Shown: positions 39,901 through 50,175 of the stretch, piece by piece | Layout: each line of letters starts with the position of its first letter | Numbering within the stretch: position 1 is the stretch's first letter | Notes under the pieces: generated by a model | Seen by the model: only the letters and a program-made list of their open reading frames with translations | What the model was told of the DNA's origin: nothing | The model's database searches: none | Assembly (NCBI GenBank): GCA_004022145.1 | Contig: RCNU01000015.1 | DNA: 64,000 nt | Source: Paecilomyces variotii | Taxonomy: Eukaryota | Strand: one strand, 5' to 3' | Made by a program: the position numbers and the translations under genes

Positions 39901-39988
39901 TCCCACGCTTTTCTAGCTCCACCCACAGAGATAAATGGGCCGAGCTAGTTGCTAGAGAATTCAAGCTCAACAAGTTTCACTTCAGATT
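39901..39988 (-). repeat. Dispersed element, copy B
   Basis: The reverse complement aligns to 4879-4966 with 12 substitutions and 2 gaps by hand count. Confidence 0.85.
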
Positions 39989-39999
39989 ACAGGTTTATT

Positions 40000-40830
40000 A
40001 CTGTCACTTATCGAGTTTTGCTAGACCATCAACTTCATAAAGTCAATTTGCTTTATCGGAATTAAACCAGCGTGCAGATAGAGGAGAGTGAAATATAGAT
40101 CCCTTCTGGAGATTCTTTCGAAGAAAAAATAACTACTGGAGGCCGATATTCGCAATATTCTTACTACTAGTACCCTTGAATGCGCGCTAACATTGATATG
40201 ATAAAAATACTATTAATCACAATAATTTCCAAAAAAAAAAAGGACGATAAAAGAAAAGAAAAGAAAAGTGAAAAAACAAAGTCAAATTCGAGTATTGTGT
40301 GCCTGCAGCTTTTTGTTGTGGTCTCCGTCATCTCCATGTGACATGTCAGTTAGGTATCCATACTTTTATTCTTCTGTCCTTTTAACCACTCCCAAGCCAT
40401 CTATCTTCTTTACTACAAACCAAGATCACCAAAACTGTTTTGCTGCTATCTTATAACCATGAGCCACTCTCTAACTGTAAGCTACTTCAAATCCTTAAGG
40501 GCTGTGCCAGTGGTCTAACAAAAGCTAGCCCGAACAAGTCCCTTAAGACCAGAGATCATGATCCATCCACTCAGAAACCATGCACCGATCAGTGTTGTTC
40601 TCCCCCACTTCTCGTAAAGGTCGAATATAAGGTGATCGGTTGATGCAGTCGAATTCATAAACGTTCCTTCTCTTTCATATAAAACGGGATATCCTGGAGC
40701 TTTTACCATAACACTGCATTTCCAATTAGTAAAGAGATCGTAAAATCGACTTCTGCGGTCTCGTACGGAACGGACTTGCCATTAATGTAAGCCTTGAAAA
40801 CTTTTCTCCTCAAAGACTGAGAAACTAAGT
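40000..40830 (-). pseudogene. Highly decayed CDK-like (Ctk1/Bur1-type) protein kinase relic
   Basis: Ordered fragments across frameshifts and stops: VFKA, GYPVLYERE (cf. GFPxTAxRE), CMVSEWMDHDL, RVAHG (cf. HRD region) and YRPP at 40148-40137. Confidence 0.5.
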
Positions 40831-41061
40831 ACAAGATCTACTTCAGAGATGATCGTTCTGTGCGTGTTCTACAAAAGCTCGGTCACAAAATACTAACCCT
40901 TCAAATACATAACACTGCATATCACCGCGCTGATTAAACGTTGATTAACATTGTAGTTCTCAGTTCTGGTAACATAGCAACAATGGGTATATAAACTATA
41001 TCATTTAAAGCCTAGGAGAACAGGTGCCCAAAAATACGTAATTGAACACGGGAGAGACGAG

Positions 41062-41977
41062 CTACCACACATCCTCTAATATCTCGATCACTTTCTGTGG
41101 CCCGACATTTGTGCACACTCCATAGCTGTACGACCATTTGTATCTTTTATACTCTGGTCGGCACCTTTGCTGATCAAATAGTGCACTACATCAGCTTTGC
41201 CGAGTGCAGACGCTTTGTGCAGAGCTGTCCCGAGACCCATAAACTGGAATAACGCCCGAGAAGGATAATGGTTCTCGTACATAATAGCATTAATGGGCGC
41301 TCCTTTTTCGACGAGAAGCCTTAAGACCTCGATAGCATCCGCCTCTCGTTCGATTGCATGGTGAAGAAGCTGGCCCTTTTGAACATCTCCACCACGGCTG
41401 AGAATGAGGCGGATTACGGATATAGGGGCGCTTTCGACAGCAAACGAGAATGGGGTGAGATCAATAACGCATTGACGATTGGGATCAGCTCCATGATCAA
41501 GAAGCCAAGCTACCATATCCTCATCTGCAATAGCATAACTGAAGAATCGTTAGCCCTGACAACACATTGTCAAGATGATTGGAATGCTCACCCAAGTATG
41601 GGAGGCCTAAGTTCGCTCACGGGTTGATTGATATTGCATCCGTTTTGAAGGAAAACTTTCAGCATATCCTTCCCTTTCACTTTGACGGCTTCTAATGCAT
41701 AGAGTGGATCCATAGGTAAGCCGCGATCGAGAAGCTCTCTGATGAACTGCGCATCGTTTCGTTTGATGGCTTCTTTCATTATCGTAGACAAGTCGCAAAT
41801 ATCAAAGCCCTCCGATGAAGAACTTTGTGAGTCAAGAATCTTCCTGAATTCCTGGAGATCACCACTGACGCAAGAAGCATGTAGTTGTTCGAGTGTCGCT
41901 GGTGGCGTTCGTGTTGGGAGTTGAGGATACTCGGTCGGCTTGACAGGAGGGTAATCTGGCGGAGGCAGGATATCCAT
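41062..41977 (-). CDS. Small ankyrin-repeat protein, apparently frameshifted in its last repeat
   Basis: Exons 41977-41592 and 41538-41088. Contains WLLDHGADPN, LLHHAI, LVEKGAPIN, GTALHKA and GRTAMECA. The stop at 41088 truncates GH-R-K, and an adjacent frame supplies VIEILEDVW* to 41062. Confidence 0.75.
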
Positions 41978-42546
41978 GACGGGCTGGATCAGAAAAAAGG
42001 GTAAATTACTATCAGACTTTCGGGGGGAGATGTGTAAGACAGCAGTAGGTAGCGAGGGAGAGGTATTTAAGTCATTCCCGGCCGATGACACTAGGCCCAT
42101 GGTTTGCGGAAACAGGAAATGGGCGATGTGCTTCTAGTAATGGTGAGTCTCTGAAGCTTGCTTCATATCGCTGAGCGCTGGCGAGGCGGTATATTAGGAT
42201 GTTTCCTTTTACGCTACTTAGTGACGAGACACCCTTCAAATTTGGACCTACGTCCATAGCCCTATATCTCCTAGACTGACGTCTGCATACACTTCATGTC
42301 TTTCGAATTAAATCTTCCAAGTAGAATATGTTCGCTAGAACTACTACCGGTCATGATCGCTGGCTATGGATACGGTTAATGTGAGCAAGACAGCTGACTG
42401 GCTGGATCCGACCCTTAGTAAGCGTATGTATGTGGCACTAGTTTCGCAGCTCCAAGCTTTAGAACACCACAACCTACCTACCTAGGTATCTTTTTAAAGG
42501 ATACTATGATCTTGTGAATATTGCTGGTATAAGCTGCTGTAGAGAT

Positions 42547-44464
42547 ATGCAGCTCACCATAAATCGGGGTTTTTCTCCCCTTCGGTGTGTTTTTGCGCTT
42601 CATCGCACATCTCGCTCTTTGATCACATCTTTTGTGCACTCATCAACGCAACATCAGATACGAACATTGACCATGTCATCGTGTCTTGGAGGTTAGTTAG
42701 TCTGATCTCATTTTAATCTACAGGACCTAATTGTTATCTAGATGTCTATTGGGATGACGATAGCTTTTATCACTACACTGGTGGCCGCTGGCTATTTAAT
42801 GAGGCGGAGCAGCTTGCTGACCGACGCGTGAAATTCAACATGACCGAACTGGTCAGAGTTGCGACTGCAAGTCTAGGTTACAGCCTATCTTCATGTATTG
42901 GCGTGCAAAAGCTTCCGGAAGGGAATTATAATAAGGCTTTCCTTATCAAGATGTGTGACGGGCGGCAAGTCGTCGCTAAGGTCCCTAACCCCAATGCTGG
43001 CCTGCCTTTCTACACCACCGCCAGTGAGGCTGCGACGATGGACTTTGTACGTTAAATCTACTGCCGTAAATATGGAACGAAGCTGAATTTCCTACGGATG
43101 AGGACTATCGCCGGAATCCCGTCCCCAAAGGTGTATGCGTGGAATGCTTGTGCCGCTGGCAATCCTGTTGGCGCTGAGTATATTATCATGGAGAAAAGTG
43201 ACGGAGTCCTGCTAAGCTCCAAGTGGCCTACAATGAGCATGAAAGAAAAGCACCAGTTGACACAGTGTATTATTGGTTTTGAGCGGAGCCTTCTTTCACA
43301 CCACTTCGAGAACATTGGAAGCCTTTACTATGAAACAGATCTTGCGCGTTCGCAAGATAAGTTCTCCACCACTGCTTACTCTGGTTTTGTTGTCGGTCCC
43401 ACAACAGACCGAAAATTTTTGGAAGACGGACGGAGAACTTTCGATTCAGACAAAGGGCCATGTCGGTATTCCCCTTATTTTCCATATTTAATCTGCTTCT
43501 CAGCGTTTCGGTCCTTTTGATAACTCCTATGCGTCTATAGGGAGCACTGCTAGCGAATATATACTCGCCTCAGCCCGGCGCGAACGAGAATGCATTCAGC
43601 GATCCACAAAGTTCCCGAAACCGGAAGGAATATTCGGTGGGCCGAGGTCTTACCAACCCACGGCTGATGCAAAGCTTGCGGTCTTGGACGATTTTGAGAA
43701 GGTGGCTCCCTATCTACTTCCCAAAGATACCTCAGTCCACGTTCCGGTTCTATGGCACGGCGATCTTCATCACGACAATATCTTTGTCGACCCGGCGGAT
43801 CCATCGCAGATACTTTCTATCATAGACTGGCAGTCAGTACATATAGCACCGCTTTTCCAGCAAGCCACAACCCCGGCATTCTTGGAATTTGACGGACCAA
43901 AGGAGCCGGATGGTCTCTCAGTGCCATCTTTACCGAAGAACTTTGAGGAGCTAAGTCTTGTCGAAAAAGAGCGAGCCAAGACCTTGCTAGCACAACAATC
44001 TCTATATAAACTGTATGAAATACAGTCTGCGCGGCAAAATCCCCCTGTTTTCAAGGCTCTACGCTACGCCAGCACGCTTGGAGGTCAGATCATCTCGCTG
44101 GTTTCGCAGGTTTTCAACGACGGTGAGCCGATCGTAAAAGGCCAATTAATTCAGGTGGCGCATGAATGGGATCGGATAGTAGGCAAAAGACGGGCCTCCT
44201 TGTCCGCTTACTGTGACACCAACCGAGGTCGCGGCACAGGAGGTCGATCAGCAAAAGTGGGAGGAAGGTGTGCAGTTAATGGAAGACGTCCTTGAAGCTT
44301 TGGGTGGCTCAGAAAACGGGTGGCAGGGCTGGGTGAATCACGAAGACTACAGTCAGATGAAAGGAAAGCTGTCCACCGTGAGGAAGCAGTTTTTAGATCA
44401 CATGGCCGAGAATGAAGAGGAGAGGGAAGCCTGGGACCGAGTGTGGCCGTTCCAAGATAAGTAA
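42547..44464 (+). pseudogene. AIM9-like / aminoglycoside-phosphotransferase-fold kinase with two lesions
   Basis: Contains FYHYTGGRWLFNE, EGNYNKAF, VAKVPNP, SEAATMDF, GAEYIIME, LWHGDLHHDNIFV and IIDWQ. The intron-2 acceptor reads GG (43096-43097) instead of AG. There is a +1 frameshift in the A4 run at 44185-44188. Confidence 0.75.
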
Positions 44465-45999
44465 GGTGATTAATTTCAAGCGTTTATTTGATTGCTGGTG
44501 CGAAGGTTGCACAAATAAGCATTCCGAATATGCAGCAGACCCCTTCCGCCTGGTGAGGTGGATCAGCTCTGTTTTCTCTACTGAGAAGCAGGATCCTGTT
44601 CACCGGGCCCATGCTTCAATGCTGGGGGTGTCTTCGTCCTGAATCTTCTTGACGTTTTCCTTGATCACAGTGGCGTAAGTTTTCATTGTGTCATATAGTG
44701 ATTCTGCCCCCTGATCTGAATCACCCAAGTACCTGTGAGATCGATCCTCGAAAGATTATCGGTGAGTCTGATCTCTCTATTGTCTTATCGATGCACCACG
44801 TATGCTTATATCTAGCAAACATAGGGTCTGATTCGTGGTTCCGACAGAGTTTTTTAGATTTTGCCGATGTGGCCAGTTTGTGGGTGCTTCTCCCATGGTA
44901 ATGCCGGAGAGCCGGATCAACAGTAAATGTGATAAACCTCGAGGTTTAATTTTAGATGACCCTTTCAATAGAGAGGCCATCTTTCCAATTTGCACCTATG
45001 TCGTTCGATACTACTAGAGGAAAGTCAGCTTTCGTTCGATCATCATTAGCGAATCCATCATTACCGAATCTCGGTACCATCGCTTGATCAGCTCATATGT
45101 CTTGAGCCTTTTGGACCCTGCTTCCTGATGGATATGATTATTCCAACTGTCAATATTGGCAGCGCTACTTTCTTCTATCAAACAACTGCCTCGACAGAGT
45201 TAGTGCCGGCATACCTTAACCAGCTGAACTACTAAAGACGGCAGGAGACCCGTGAGATGACAATGGCTGGCCTCTGAGGTCTGCTTATCCATTGTCCATT
45301 ACACGTTTCGCATGAAAAAGTCCTTTCTGGTAAACCAATCTGTGGGGGAGTGAGCGTAGTTTATACACTACACTACAGTGTACTCCGCCTAAGGGTTATT
45401 CCCTCAATGTCCGACAAGAACTGGCAAAGGAATGAGCCTAGAAGGCACAGGAGAACAAATTGCACTATGTCCTGAATGGGCTTGTTGAGCAACGCCTCTT
45501 TCAGGAGATTGTGTATTGGTGGATTGTCTCGATTAGCTTCTTTATCTCCACATAGTTTCACTTGGTGACCAAAATCCCGACTCTCATCGTTGCCGGCAAG
45601 TGGTCGGACGTGAAGACTTTCGATCCCGCATATCTGGCCTTCAAAAGCGAAAATCCTGTGCGTTCAGATGGACACTGTTTTCTACTCCTTTGGATATCGC
45701 CAGGATATTTGCCGCCAATGAGGAGACGTTCATTATCATCAACGGTAGTCGCTAAATGCAACATGGCAGGACTTAGCTTCGCAAGACTTATCCTGCCATA
45801 TATGCCCAAGCCAGTCTCTTGTCTTAAGCAGTGTCTCGGCCTTCATGTTCTTCGGGACAGACCAAAGGAACTCAAATATCTCTTGATGTATGAGAGAGTG
45901 GATATTCCAACGAGACTGTAACGACGGCATATATCACCAGTATAGGCTGTCAGAGTGGCCAATGCTCCATGGTTCTTCCATCAGCTTTATCGAATCGGG

Positions 46000-46031
46000 A
46001 TTTTTTTTTTTTTTTTTTTCTTTTTTTTTTT
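46000..46031. repeat. Poly(T) tract
   Basis: About 30 nt of nearly pure T. Confidence 0.9.
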
Positions 46032-47786
46032 GGTGCAGACGATCCCCAATTGCACCTGCCACATCGAAAAGCAAAATCCACCGGAGAATAAGGACGACTC
46101 GATTATTGTTTATCAGCCGAAACGCGAGATCAGCAGGAGAACCGTTAATGATTCTCCACCTCGGCGATCTCATCCATGGATCTGAAGTTAATATCACCCC
46201 CAGTTCATTGTGGGGCAATAATGAGCGCACGAGGAAGACATAGGCTTTCTCCAGGGAAATGATCGAGGTATGTCAAATTAGTACATATATCACCAGCTAG
46301 GGGCGAAAATAATTCTCCAGCCGGTAGCTGAGTTGTTGACGGTTAGTTTTAGATGATGAAGATTTCGGCTTTCGGGGATAGAGGCTGGGGATAAAATCTT
46401 TGCCGACGGAAATTATAAGTTGTGAAACAACCTTGTTTTCTCTTTGCTCAGCCCTATATTATTATTATCATTCCACTGGATCTTAACTAACCATCATCAT
46501 TCATGCCGCTTACAAATTGAGGATTCCCCAATGGTCTAGCCCACTATTGCGCACACTACTCCATGATTGCTTCGTGCTTTAACTAACTATAGCGTCCGGG
46601 GATTATCAAGGATTATCGACAGAAAAAAGCGCACTTAACTATTGCTTCTCTATAGTCGGATTCCCTCTTGTATGTTGCAAACCGGATGCATACACATCAA
46701 CATTCTAGCAGACGGGATACAAGCCGGTTGCTAAATCGCACGGCGCGGGCCTCGCCCAAGACGGCCAAAAGCCCGGAGCTCTTATTGACACTTGGCGAGG
46801 TTAGCAACCGCTAGCTTAATCTCTATCGCTCTAAGGGGCCGGTGCGGCCCCGAAGTTTAGCGGTCCAGGACTCCAGGGGGGCCTGTTGGGATCTAGGGCG
46901 ACCTGCGACTCTTGGCTGTCAAACCATCGTTGGCATCTTATCCCTAAGAGAGACTAGGGATTCGGAGACCTTCAACTTTCCATGCTCGCTTGCGGAATAT
47001 CCTGTTCATATCATTGTTTCCAAGTCGTAATTGTCTTACTTATTTACTGTTCACCTGTGGGTCGACGTTTGTTATTAATGATGCCCAAGCGTTCATAGAC
47101 TCTCCATCTCCAGAGCTATAGCGCTCTATTTCTTGCCAAGGATCAAGAAGGTACGATAAGGTTAACAGTCCAGCTGATGAAGCGCTCGCAAAGATCTGCT
47201 GCCTTGTAAGTCGTTGCCCTGCCATATTTATTCCATGTCAATGACGACAATCGTTTGGGATACGATCCACATCAGCCTCGTGCCGGTCGCAGTCAACGTC
47301 TCAATGCGAGTCTACAACAGGCCGAGAAATCCGGGGAGATGAGAGCTATAATGGTATCAGAGAGCCAAGCTAAATCGGGTCTGGCGTCGGTCACTATCTT
47401 GTTTCAAATTTCCAGCGTTGAAGCTTCCCAGACACTGTTGAACGCTAGTTTTCTGCTGCAGACAAGGTCGCGCCTAGCGAGCGTCTCGGGCAAATAATAG
47501 GGGCCGCTATGTTGCCTGTCTTGGTAATTAACGGAGACCTAGGGGACGGGCACGTTGAAGAGAGCAGATAGCGGCGAGCAGATAAAGGATCGCTTTACTG
47601 CGCCCTTCGGAATCCTCTTGCATTGCCAGATTTTCCCATTTCTGAGGGAAAGCATCCAGTGTCCGTTTGGCAGTAGACACCTGGATCTGTCAACGGTCTC
47701 TAGCCGCTCGGACCTCGACTCGGGTACGGATGCCTTCGTTCTGATACAAGAAGTGCTACGCCTCAGGGTCGGTTCTTCTTTTCATC

Positions 47787-48941
47787 ATGGCATCTGCTAA
47801 GCCCGTAACTGTCGTCGTGATCGGTGGTTCCAATGCGGGGGTCGCTGTGAGCCATGGTCTTCTCAGACAAGTGCCTGGAGTCAAGGTCATCCTCATCAAC
47901 CCGTCCGAGACATACTATTACAATGTTGCGGCGCCGAGAGTGGTTGCGAAACCGAAAGCCTTCTCGCCAGAGCAGTATATCTTCTCCATACTCGAGGCTT
48001 TTGAGCGGTACCCAGCCGCTTCGTTCCAATTCGTGATGGGAAAGGCGACAAAATTCGAACCCGGTGCAAAGACGGTCACAGTTGACAGCCGCGGAGAGTT
48101 TTCTACCATTGCTTATGACTATCTAGTCATCGCGTCAGGCAGCACTTCTCTGGCAACTCGTGGAGAAGGAAGTACGAAGATTCCCTTCAAGATCACGGAA
48201 GGAGAAGATCTTCAGGCCGCCATTGCAGAGGCGCAGAAGACCTTGGCGGCTGCTCGCAGTATAATCATTGGAGGAGGGGGCCCTGTGGGAGTCGAGCTTG
48301 CCGGCGAGCTGGTGGACGTTTTCTCCGATCGGAAAGATATCACACTCGTGACCGCCAGTCGACAGATGTTGCCATCCCTGAAGGCAGGGACAGGATCGGC
48401 AGCCCTCAAGCTCCTGAAGGCGCGGGGCGTTCGTGTCCTATCTTCGCGCAGCGTGGAGAAAGCAACGCAGCATCCCGTCTCAAAAGAATGGACGGTGACG
48501 TTGGATGGGGGTGAGAAGATTTCGGCCGACGAATATGTATCGGCCACAGGAGTGCTTCCGAATAACGAATTCATCCCGTCGTCGTTCCTCAATGAGGATG
48601 GTTGGGTTAAGGTCGACAACGAGTTCCGTGCCCTCGCGGCCGTGATAGATGGTCGCAAAACATACGTCTATGCGGTCGGGGATATCACACAACACCCGCT
48701 TCGTACCCTCTCGCGAATTCCAGACCAGATTACCGTGGTGGTGAACAACTTGAAGGTTGAGATCACAGGCAGAGGAAAGCGAATGACTTACAAGCCCAGC
48801 GAGAAACCATCAATGCTGGTACCTGTCGGGCGATCTTCGGGGACGGGACAGTTAGGGGGATGGACTCCGTGGAGTTGGATGGTGGTGCTCTTCAAGAGCA
48901 AGGACTTTTTTATCTCGAAAGCGCCTACATATATTAATTAA
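47787..48941 (+). CDS. AMID/AIF-like (FSP1-type) FAD/NAD(P)H oxidoreductase, intronless
   Basis: Contains VVVIGGSNAG, YDYLVIASGS, IIIGGGGPVGVELAGE and VYAVGD. Confidence 0.9.
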   Translation: MASAKPVTVVVIGGSNAGVAVSHGLLRQVPGVKVILINPSETYYYNVAAPRVVAKPKAFSPEQYIFSILEAFERYPAASFQFVMGKATKFEPGAKTVTVDSRGEFSTIAYDYLVIASGSTSLATRGEGSTKIPFKITEGEDLQAAIAEAQKTLAAARSIIIGGGGPVGVELAGELVDVFSDRKDITLVTASRQMLPSLKAGTGSAALKLLKARGVRVLSSRSVEKATQHPVSKEWTVTLDGGEKISADEYVSATGVLPNNEFIPSSFLNEDGWVKVDNEFRALAAVIDGRKTYVYAVGDITQHPLRTLSRIPDQITVVVNNLKVEITGRGKRMTYKPSEKPSMLVPVGRSSGTGQLGGWTPWSWMVVLFKSKDFFISKAPTYIN

Positions 48942-50175
48942 GATGGAAATGCGGCATGTCCGGCTTTGGGATGATTGGTGTCATGACGATGTTATAGAAT
49001 GGACCTGGCGATTGCGGCAGAACGATGCTTATGGATTGAACCTCAATGACTGGGTGGTACTGTTTTTAAAAGATTCCCTACGATGATTTGGTCCTTGCTT
49101 TTCTAACCCAGAATCAGCATATATGTAATGTATGATACCCGACAGAGCTGGATATTATTAGAGATTAAACCCTACTAGTTTGCTAATCCTAGAGTATTGA
49201 TACTATCGGTATGTCCAGATAGCCGCCCTCCTCACCCTGCAAGATGCATATCTTGAGGCCTGTAAACCGCTTGAAAGTAACCATTTAGTAACCGGTGGTA
49301 TCGAGTTAATCTGTGTTTATACTTAATAGCTCTATCATGAAAGGCTATTGATATCTCAATGAATGGGACAACTTAGAACATAGATCATATAGACAGCTAT
49401 GCATGGTAAATAAGCTATTTGGCTAGTCTCCAGGTGCATATGCATTATTATCCGGTAATAGTGTTTTATAGTGTTTTAACGCTAGAAACAGATAGGCATC
49501 AAGCGGGTTAAACATATGTTGGATTCGCTGGAGACCAATACTACAGCTGAATATTATCACCAGTTATTAATATCTTATTCAGGATCCAAATTCAAGCTTC
49601 CTATCAGTTCAGCTTGAGATCTTATTACGGAAAAAAGGATCGGTTAATTCCATGCGCCTGGGCTTTACCTGCACTTCTTTCTGACCCTTATACAATCTAC
49701 CTTATATCTCACCTTCCTTGCATGCTTCAACAGTTGCGCCATTCCATATCAAAGAAAATCTTTTATGGTATTCGCCATATATAGAGGAAAGAATTATATC
49801 AAGAATATGGGAACTTCTTCTGCTTCGACGTTGAGAGATGTTTTGGACAAACATAAACACCCTACATTTCAGAAGCAGATCCAGCTGCGTCTCAGGCGAG
49901 ATGTATTCCACCTTCTCCAAACAGTATTTGCAGAGTATGTGAGTATCGATGCGTCTCTTTCCGGAAGAAGAAAAGACCAATAAATGGCGAAAAAAGCCCA
50001 GGGTCGTATGGGATGAGTCTAATTTCCAACCTGTGGACTTCCAACTCCAGGCGGGAGACACAAAACCAGAAAATATTTCCACTGCCCCGTCAATTCGACC
50101 ATTCAGAGCCAATTTGAGCAACCAAGTTTATCGGTTTGATGAACATGAAATAACAACACAACCCTGGCACCATCG

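Noticed and set aside
39913-39955. Hairpin + CTAG as a Helitron 3' terminus
   Set aside because: Similarity between copies continues ~30 bp past the CTAG, so it is not an element end. No Rep/helicase remnants were seen.
4879-39988. Dispersed repeat as a CRISPR-like array or the TIRs of one large element
   Set aside because: The copies are kilobases apart and diverged, with additional internal copies, and the interval contains core housekeeping genes. The context is eukaryotic.
34700-46500. Starship/Hephaestus-type giant transposon carrying the arsenic genes
   Set aside because: No DUF3435 tyrosine-recombinase captain, typical auxiliary genes or boundary direct repeats were recognised in the window. 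This cannot be excluded from beyond the window but is unsupported here.
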